64,000 bases of DNA, from NCBI GenBank assembly GCA_964291395.2, contig OZ219856.1, forward strand, positions 1,472,001-1,536,000. The letters run 5' to 3'. The notes under the pieces were generated by a model. It did no database searches and was not told the DNA's origin. It was given only the letters and a program-made list of their open reading frames with translations. Positions 57,500-64,000 of the stretch are shown in pieces (the stretch's first letter is position 1; each line of letters begins with the position of its first letter). The position numbers were made by a program, and so were the translations under genes. The DNA comes from Alphaproteobacteria bacterium. GTDB lineage: Bacteria > Pseudomonadota > Alphaproteobacteria > UBA2966.

Positions 57500-58297
57500 T
57501 CAGGTGTCGGCCACCGCGCGCGGCGAGGCCTCGAACCGGGCGCGCTCCGCCTCGGCTTCGGCCTCGCGAGAAGAAATCTGCGGGGCCTCCTGAATGGCCT
57601 GCGGACGTCTGTCCGGCGGGGCGACGATGCCGCCCGAGATCACGAGCTTGATCCCTTCCTCGACCGTCATGTTGAGGGTGATCAGAGCCCGGCGCGGGAC
57701 GAACAGCAGGAAGCCCGACGTCGGATTGGGTGTCGTCGGCAGGAACACGTTGACGAGGTCGTCTTCGGCCAGGTGCTGGATTTCCCCTTCGGTGTGCCCG
57801 GTCACGAATGCGATGGCCCAGATCCCTCTTCGCGGATACTCCACCAGAACGACCTCCCGAAAGGATTTGGAGGATTGAGCCAGCACCGTCTCGAAGATCT
57901 GTTTCAATGCCCCATAGACCGCCCGGATGACGGGCATGCGCGCTACCATCCGTTCGCCGAACCTGACCAGAATCCGTCCGGTAAAACTCGCCGTCAGAGC
58001 GCCGACGAAGGTCAAGGCTACGATGGCGACGACCAGTCCCAGGCCCGGAATATCGAACGGCAGATAGGTTCCCGGGTTGTACCTCGCCGGGATGACGGGC
58101 GTGACCCAACCGTCGACGACTCCGATGAACTTCCAGGCGATGAAGATCGTGATGCCGAGGGGCGCGGTGACGATGATCCCGGTGAGGAAGTAGGTACGCA
58201 ATCGCTGGAAGAAGCCGACCTCTACCGGCACGATGATGTGCGGCGGTGAGCGCCCTTTTTCGTCTTCTTCCGTCGTTTGCCGCTGATCGTCCATCAT
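57500..58297 (-). CDS. DUF502 family membrane protein
   Basis: YFLTG....P..IT, PGLG, VLVEYPR.G.W...F.T, VFLPTTPNPTSGFL. Confidence 0.92.
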   Translation of the reverse strand: MMDDQRQTTEEDEKGRSPPHIIVPVEVGFFQRLRTYFLTGIIVTAPLGITIFIAWKFIGVVDGWVTPVIPARYNPGTYLPFDIPGLGLVVAIVALTFVGALTASFTGRILVRFGERMVARMPVIRAVYGALKQIFETVLAQSSKSFREVVLVEYPRRGIWAIAFVTGHTEGEIQHLAEDDLVNVFLPTTPNPTSGFLLFVPRRALITLNMTVEEGIKLVISGGIVAPPDRRPQAIQEAPQISSREAEAEAERARFEASPRAVADT

Positions 58298-58421
58298 TCA
58301 CCCGTCTGCGCGCCACATATGGGCCCTAATCGGCGCGATGTCTAGGAGATTGCCGGCGCGAGAGATCATGCCCGGAAGTGGGAGCCCACTCCCGCGTGAC
58401 TTTGGATCGAACGCTGAACAT

Positions 58422-58455
58422 GAATTCGTCGGGGTCGGACCTCGGATCCGACCCC
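58422..58455. repeat. REP-like hairpin element, copy 2
   Basis: GAATTCGTC-GGGGTCGGA-CCTCGGA-TCCGACCCC, perfect 9-bp stem. Confidence 0.6.
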
Positions 58456-58458
58456 AGG

Positions 58459-59292
58459 CTACGCGGTCTGATGACTCGCAAAATCGAGAACGGCTCTGGC
58501 CCACGGTTCGGGGTGGAGCCTGGGCAATTCCCCGCCCCCGTCCACCTCGATCTCGACCAAGGACGCGCCGGGCTGATCTCGCATCCAGTCATCCACCGCG
58601 TTGCACATGAAGATGTCGTCGGTCGAGCGGATGAAGAGGACGGGCACGCTCACTTGCGGCAGTTTCCTGGTCGCGTCGTAGGCGAACATCGCGACGTACT
58701 GCTCGAACCGGCGGGGTCCGGTCTTGATCTGTTCGAGAAAGAAATCGGCCATGAGATCGAGTCGATCTTCGGGAAAGCGTGGCTTGCCCCAATTCGTTTG
58801 AACCCCTTCCTTCCAGATTTCCAGGAGATGCGAGCCGTCCAGCCGGGTTTCCGGATCTCCGAGCTTCAAGGCTTTGGCATGGAGTTCGGGCAGCATCGAG
58901 GCGTCGCTGATGTAGCCCAGTCCGGAGAACACGTTGCGGGCAACCAGATCGGGCCTTTGAAGTCCCACCTCCATGGCGATGTCCGCGCCCGAATGGTGTC
59001 CGCCCACCGTCGCCCCTTCGAGACCGAGCGCTTCCATCGCCCGGCCGATCGCGGCGCCATGATCCTCGAGCGAACAAGGCTCGACCGGATGATCCGAATC
59101 GCCGCAACCCACGGAGTCGAATGCCACCACACGATGAGATTCGGCCAGAATCGGCATCACGAACTTGTAGTCCAGCGACGTGCGCAGGATCTGGTGGATG
59201 AGTACGATGGGCGGTCCACCGCCTGCCTCCCGGTAGAAAATCTGGCCGTCCGCCGTGTCGACGAAGCCCCTTCTGACGCGAACGTTCGACAT
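58459..59292 (-). CDS. Alpha/beta fold hydrolase-like protein (GHHSG elbow)
   Basis: GQIFYRE.G.GPP..LIHQ, D..G.GDS, GHHSGA, PVL.I...DD. Confidence 0.85.
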   Translation of the reverse strand: MSNVRVRRGFVDTADGQIFYREAGGGPPIVLIHQILRTSLDYKFVMPILAESHRVVAFDSVGCGDSDHPVEPCSLEDHGAAIGRAMEALGLEGATVGGHHSGADIAMEVGLQRPDLVARNVFSGLGYISDASMLPELHAKALKLGDPETRLDGSHLLEIWKEGVQTNWGKPRFPEDRLDLMADFFLEQIKTGPRRFEQYVAMFAYDATRKLPQVSVPVLFIRSTDDIFMCNAVDDWMRDQPGASLVEIEVDGGGELPRLHPEPWARAVLDFASHQTA

Positions 59293-59315
59293 CTCGTTGC
59301 CTCTTAGAAGATGGA

Positions 59316-60188
59316 CTATAAACTATTGAAAAAGCTTATAATCTCCTCGTTCGACCGTTCGGGCTGTTCGTAGTGGACGAAGTGTCCGGCCTCGCTCACG
59401 ACGTCTACCCCGCGCAGATCGCTGAAATAGTCCCCCAGATTATCGGACCATTCCGCTTTGAGCACGCGGTCGGCTTCACCCCAGAAGACCCGTGTCGGCA
59501 CGTCGATCTTCGGTACGTCGAGCGGCCCTTCCCGCATGGCCTTCAGACGAAGGGCATTGACGGCGATATACCAGTTGAATCCCCCTTGCATGTTGCCGGG
59601 TTTCATGAAGTTGTCGACCCAGGCCTCGAGGTCCTCGTCGAAGGCGCCGTCGGCGTACGTCCAGTGGTCCAGCAGGTAGCCGAAGTAGATCTTGGCGTTC
59701 TCCCGGTCCCGGGTGAGGAGCTCCGCGGAAAACGGCATCTGCTGGAACTGCTGGTACCATGTGTTCATCTGGTGCCCGGGCTCGTTCCAGCGCTTGCCGA
59801 CACCGGGATACGGACAGTTGAAAAAGAACAGCCCTTTCAGCCGTCCAGTATTTCGCAAGGCGTACGCCTGGGCGATCCATGCCCCCACGTCGTGGGTGAC
59901 GATTCCGAAGCCATCGAGACCGAGGTGCTCGACCAGGTTCGAGAAATCGTCCACATAGTCCTGAACCTCGGGAACCCGTTCGGGTTTGTCGGTGTCGCCG
60001 AATCCCCGCAAATCGGGTGCGATGACGTCGAAATGCTCGGCAAGCGCCGGGATGTTCTTGCGCCAAGTGCACCAGAACTCGGGCCATCCGTGCTGCAAGA
60101 TGACCGGCATTCCCTGCCCGTGCCGGACGTAATGTACCCGCAGACCGGGCAGGTCCGCGTGTTGGTGATTCCACTCGAAGTCGGTCAT
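59316..60188 (-). CDS. Epoxide hydrolase/haloacetate dehalogenase-like alpha/beta hydrolase
   Basis: HGWPE, APDLRGFGDT, THDVG (Asp nucleophile), WY, NWY, WGE.D, AGHF..YEQP; start at 60188. Confidence 0.88.
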   Translation of the reverse strand: MTDFEWNHQHADLPGLRVHYVRHGQGMPVILQHGWPEFWCTWRKNIPALAEHFDVIAPDLRGFGDTDKPERVPEVQDYVDDFSNLVEHLGLDGFGIVTHDVGAWIAQAYALRNTGRLKGLFFFNCPYPGVGKRWNEPGHQMNTWYQQFQQMPFSAELLTRDRENAKIYFGYLLDHWTYADGAFDEDLEAWVDNFMKPGNMQGGFNWYIAVNALRLKAMREGPLDVPKIDVPTRVFWGEADRVLKAEWSDNLGDYFSDLRGVDVVSEAGHFVHYEQPERSNEEIISFFNSL

Positions 60189-60287
60189 TGCGGAAAGTAT
60201 CTCCTTGGCGGGTTGGGAGGTCGTCGTCGGGGAGGTCGATGGTAAGGTTACCCGACATGCATCGTCCAAGTCAGGCGGTGATGAAAA

Positions 60288-61028
60288 TCAGACGATGGCA
60301 ACGCTCAGACCGATGGCAACCAGCAGCCAGATCGCGACGCGGCGATAGAATTGATCGGAGGTGGTCCGGAACGCGCGGGCCCCCACCCATATAGCCACCG
60401 CATAAGGCGGCACGAGGGCGATGCCGCGAATCCATGTCTCCCGCCCCATCGTGCCCACCACGATGTGAGGGATCACCGCCATGGCCGAGACCGTCAACAT
60501 CGTGATGTAAAGGTTTGCCCGCTGAATCCGGGCCTCTTCCCGACCCGAAAGGTAATAGAGGCTGAACCACGCGCCGGCCATGCCGAGGTATCCGTGCACG
60601 ACCCCGCCCACCGCGCCGGACAATACGCCGGTTGCGGAGTTACGTGGGCCCCTATATTGCCAACCCAGCAGCATGATGAGAGCGAAGAAGAGAACGATGG
60701 CTCCCATGGCCCGGCGGATGGGTCCGGGGTCTCCGGTGATCAGGAAGTAGGCCCCGACGGGCGCCGTCACCAACACCGTGATCAGCGCCGGAACGACCTC
60801 GCGCCAGCGGACGTGCGGCATCACTCCCGGCCAGGCTACGGCACCCGTCACGACGGGCAACAACGACGAAAGAATGACCCCTTCGGTGGGCCAGTACAGC
60901 AGGGCCATCAACGGCACCATCGTCAGGCCGCCGCCGAAACCCGCGAACCCGTACGTGAAGCCGCTGAGCAGCGTGATCACGACCGCCAACGCAAACTGAC
61001 CGGTGAGCAGCGGGGCGAGAATTTCCAA
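60288..61028 (-). CDS. TSUP/TauE-SafE family exporter
   Basis: G..YGFAGFGGG...VP, G..GG...G..G, multiple TM helices. Confidence 0.85.
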   Translation of the reverse strand: MEILAPLLTGQFALAVVITLLSGFTYGFAGFGGGLTMVPLMALLYWPTEGVILSSLLPVVTGAVAWPGVMPHVRWREVVPALITVLVTAPVGAYFLITGDPGPIRRAMGAIVLFFALIMLLGWQYRGPRNSATGVLSGAVGGVVHGYLGMAGAWFSLYYLSGREEARIQRANLYITMLTVSAMAVIPHIVVGTMGRETWIRGIALVPPYAVAIWVGARAFRTTSDQFYRRVAIWLLVAIGLSVAIV

Positions 61029-61137
61029 GGGTCCAGAGCAATCAGGTCAGAAGGAGCAAGCCGCGGATTCCGTCGCGGCCGGTGGCTATGCCCGCCCCAC
61101 TTCAGGTTCGGGCAACGAGATCGAGGCGATCGCGGTT

Positions 61138-62094
61138 CTAAAGAGCTTCGATCTTTCTTGCCGTCGCCAAGGAGAAGCCGTTGAGATGATTCCGGATAAC
61201 GTCCCAGTGCACCCACAAATACCCGCCCTTCGCCACGTGGACGTTGTGTCCGATCTTCCGATGGAGGGCGGGAAGCTGATGGAACGGCGCCGACGGATAG
61301 ACGTGATGCTCGCCGTGGAAACCCATGTTCCAGGTGAGGAATTGAACCAACGGATTGGTAAGGGTCGTTCGCGTGTTGCGCGTCATGTCGAGGGATTCGT
61401 CCATCCCGACGTGCTCGGCCACCCGGAAGAAGCGCACCAGCGGCTCGCCCAGGAATCTCGGAAGGAAGTAATAGACGATCGGCACCCACCAGTAGCCGGA
61501 CACGACTCCGGCCAGAAGTATCAGCACGTAGCCCGTCAACATGATGCGGGCCTCCAAGAAGATCTTGGGCAGTTCGCTCGGGGGCACGTTGGCCTCGTCC
61601 TCCGGCAGTATCCTCCCCATCGAGTGGCGGAACAGCCAGCCGAGATTGCGCAAATGATGCGTGAGCCCGGAAACGTAGATGAGATAGTCGCCCAGATTTC
61701 GCGGGATCGGGATCGCCATCTCCGTATCCTTGCCCTGGATCTGGGTATGACTGTGGTGCAGAGCGTGGTCGTAGCGGAACAGCAGACCCGGCCAGATGTA
61801 GATGAAACCGAGGACCTGCATGACGGCTTCATTCAGCCAACGCGTCCTGAACGCGGTGCCATGAATGCATTCGTGAAGCGGGTGGAACAGAGTCGACAGG
61901 ACAAGTCCGTGGAACACGATCGCCGGAACGATCCAGCCCGTGCCCGTCGCCAGGTACACCAGATAGCCCGTGCCACCGATCATCGAGAAGTGAACGGCGA
62001 GGTAGAAGAGGCCTGGCCAATCCTTCCGTTTCAAGTATGGCTTGACCTCCTGCCGGGACAGCATTGAGCTTTGAGCATTCTCGACGATCGACAT
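61138..62094 (-). CDS. Membrane fatty acid desaturase-like di-iron enzyme (MocD-like)
   Basis: His boxes HECIH, HALHH, HGEHH; AEH, NTRTT, WNM. Confidence 0.85.
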   Translation of the reverse strand: MSIVENAQSSMLSRQEVKPYLKRKDWPGLFYLAVHFSMIGGTGYLVYLATGTGWIVPAIVFHGLVLSTLFHPLHECIHGTAFRTRWLNEAVMQVLGFIYIWPGLLFRYDHALHHSHTQIQGKDTEMAIPIPRNLGDYLIYVSGLTHHLRNLGWLFRHSMGRILPEDEANVPPSELPKIFLEARIMLTGYVLILLAGVVSGYWWVPIVYYFLPRFLGEPLVRFFRVAEHVGMDESLDMTRNTRTTLTNPLVQFLTWNMGFHGEHHVYPSAPFHQLPALHRKIGHNVHVAKGGYLWVHWDVIRNHLNGFSLATARKIEAL

Positions 62095-62254
62095 CCGGCT
62101 ATCACCTTCCCGCCCGTGATCGGCGCGCAGTATTGACGGCTGTATATACCATTCCGATACACCGTTCCAGGCGTCCTGGTCGAACGCACAAGTGTACGCG
62201 GCGCCAATTAGTGTGCAAACATCGTTGCAAATGTGAGCATCGAGGAGTGACGCC

Positions 62255-62866
62255 GTGACCCCCTGGGAGATGAATTTCGATTACATCGAGACCTGTAATT
62301 GCCCACCGAATTGCCCTTGTCCGTTCACCGGTGCGCCCTCCACGGACTATGGCGGCTGTCATCTGATGATGGCCTTTCACGTCATCCGCGGGAACTTCGG
62401 TTCGACGCCGCTCGATGGCCTGAACGCCATTCTCATCGCCGAGGTGCCCGGCAACATGCGGGCGGGCGACTACCGTACCGGCGTTCTTATCGACGAGCGG
62501 GGAAACGCCGATCAGCAGGCCGCGATGAAAGCGATCTTCGGCGGCGCGGCCGGCGGGGTCTTCGAAGGCATCGACGCTCTTACCGTCGAGTGGCTCGGTG
62601 TCGATACGGCGCCCATCGAGTTCAGTACGCGAACACGGCGGGCGTCGGTTCCGGGGATCCTCGAAGTGGAGTATGCGCCGATCAACGGGTTTGCCGGGCG
62701 CATACCGGAACTCAAGAACACGCGGCAGCGCATCGCGCTCGGCGGCAAGCTCAAGTGCGGCCAGTCCAGCGTCTGCCGCTTCAACAACTTCGGACTCGAA
62801 TGGGACAACTCGGGCGGCAATATCTTCTGGGGCCGTTACACCCACACGCACGAGAGCCGGAATTAG
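62255..62866 (+). CDS. DUF1326 family Cys-rich protein
   Basis: W......ETCNC...CPC......T..GC, G.FG...LDGL, PG.M, IDER....Q..A...IF.G.AGG. Confidence 0.85.
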   Translation: MTPWEMNFDYIETCNCPPNCPCPFTGAPSTDYGGCHLMMAFHVIRGNFGSTPLDGLNAILIAEVPGNMRAGDYRTGVLIDERGNADQQAAMKAIFGGAAGGVFEGIDALTVEWLGVDTAPIEFSTRTRRASVPGILEVEYAPINGFAGRIPELKNTRQRIALGGKLKCGQSSVCRFNNFGLEWDNSGGNIFWGRYTHTHESRN

Positions 62867-62900
62867 CCGAGAGACGACGTAATCCAAGGAAGGCGCTCCC

Positions 62901-63683
62901 GTGAACCGGCTGCTTTCCAACGCCGTGACCAGCGACCGGGCCATCGTCGGTCTCAGCCTGGCCGGCATCACGGCGCTGGGCTGGCTCTATGTGATCGTCG
63001 AGGCGGACAAGATGTCGCGCATGGACGAGAGCATGGCCATGCCGCACATGATGTCTTGGGATGCGAGCTATCTCGGATTCCTGTTCGTCATGTGGTCGAT
63101 CATGATGGTCGCCATGATGGTGCCGTCGGTGACGCCCATGGTGATGATGTTCACGACCGTGAACCGCAAGCGTCGGGAATCGGACCGCACCGACCTCGTC
63201 CCGGTCGGTGTGTTCGCGTCGGGCTACCTCATCGCCTGGATGGTGTTCAGTGCGGCTGCGGCGGTCGCGCAGTGGACCCTGCACGCCGCGGCGCTCGTCT
63301 CACCGATGATGACCAGCAGCAGCGCGATCCTCGGGGGTGTCCTGTTGATCGCCGGCGGCATCTATCAGTGGACGCCGCTGAAGTACGCCTGTCTCATCCA
63401 TTGCCGGACTCCGATGTCGTTCCTCATGACGTCCTGGCGGCCGGGCCGGACGGGCGCGCTCGTCATGGGGTTGCACCACGGCTCGTTTTGCGTGGGGTGT
63501 TGCTGGGTTCTGATGGCGCTCCTGTTCGTCGCGGGCGTGATGAACGTGTTGTGGGTTGCGGCCATTGCGGCCTTCGTGTTCATCGAGAAAGTCGCGCCAC
63601 GGGGCGACCTTCTCGGGCGGGTAGCCGGCGTCCTGCTCGTGGCCGCAGGAACCTGGGTGATCCACCAGGGCACGACGTGGTGA
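62901..63683 (+). CDS. DUF2182 family predicted metal-binding membrane protein
   Basis: MW..MM.AMM.PS, YQ.TPLK.ACL..CR.P, G..C.GCCW.LM...F..G.MN..W, EK. Confidence 0.9.
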   Translation: MNRLLSNAVTSDRAIVGLSLAGITALGWLYVIVEADKMSRMDESMAMPHMMSWDASYLGFLFVMWSIMMVAMMVPSVTPMVMMFTTVNRKRRESDRTDLVPVGVFASGYLIAWMVFSAAAAVAQWTLHAAALVSPMMTSSSAILGGVLLIAGGIYQWTPLKYACLIHCRTPMSFLMTSWRPGRTGALVMGLHHGSFCVGCCWVLMALLFVAGVMNVLWVAAIAAFVFIEKVAPRGDLLGRVAGVLLVAAGTWVIHQGTTW

Positions 63684-63704
63684 GCGGTTGACGCTCCCCG
63701 TTCA

Positions 63705-64000
63705 CTAGAAGAACGTCGCGGAGATCCCGACCGCCATCAACAGCGCCAGCGCCACGCGCCGGTAGGTGGTATCCGCCGTCCGGCGGAACACCCGCGCGCC
63801 AACCCAGAGGGCCGCGCCGTAGGGGACTATCAACACCACGCAGCGGACCACGGTATCGACGCCGACGGCGCCGCCGATCGCCAACGGCACGACGACCAGG
63901 GCCCCGATCAGCAGCATCGAGAACAGGATATTGGCCCGCTGTACCCGGGACGACGCCTCGGCCGAGAGGAAATAGAGGCTGACGAAGGGTCCGCCGAGAC
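63705..64000 (-). CDS. TSUP/TauE family exporter, 3' part (runs off the window)
   Basis: GPFVSLYFLS....SRVQRAN...P Y..ALWVGA..FR......YRRVA parallels the 60288..61028 protein. Confidence 0.8.
   Translation of the reverse strand, partial: LGGPFVSLYFLSAEASSRVQRANILFSMLLIGALVVVPLAIGGAVGVDTVVRCVVLIVPYGAALWVGARVFRRTADTTYRRVALALLMAVGISATFF

Overview
GC-rich bacterial chromosome segment, almost certainly from an alphaproteobacterium, judged by the conserved mfd-sdhE/recG synteny at 51.4-57.5 kb. (1) 1-2.6 kb is a mobile-element scar: an intact prlF-yhaV toxin-antitoxin pair, the 3' end (domains V/VI) of a group IIC intron, a vapC fragment and an IS end. (2) 2.6-33.3 kb is a ~31 kb, entirely minus-strand pyridine/N-heterocycle catabolic supercluster. 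Its downstream operon encodes a single-chain FAD-2Fe2S-Mo nicotinate dehydrogenase-like enzyme, 6-hydroxynicotinate reductase, a UPF0280/ApbE-like protein and an ATP-dependent hydantoinase/oxoprolinase pair in the place where enamidase would be expected. Its upstream block encodes GntR, a second HyuAB pair, an enolase-superfamily enzyme with altered catalytic residues, an LLM oxidoreductase, two CoA ligases, a Mo-hydroxylase (L/M/S), PncA, a NicR-like MarR and an orphan CoxL-like subunit. A decayed doc/Fic locus, absent from the ORF track, sits between the two blocks. (3) 33.5-50.6 kb holds accessory catabolic genes, tRNA-Ser(UGA) with a collapsed integrase/TIR island remnant, and a group IIC intron inserted after the dctP terminator whose RT is internally deleted and fused to a mandelate-racemase C-terminus. 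(4) 50.7-64 kb holds housekeeping genes plus hydrolases, two TSUP exporters, a desaturase-like gene and DUF1326/DUF2182. Four single-base insertions in short G/C runs break otherwise intact genes and may be sequencing errors. All calls come from motif recognition by eye; no database searches were run.
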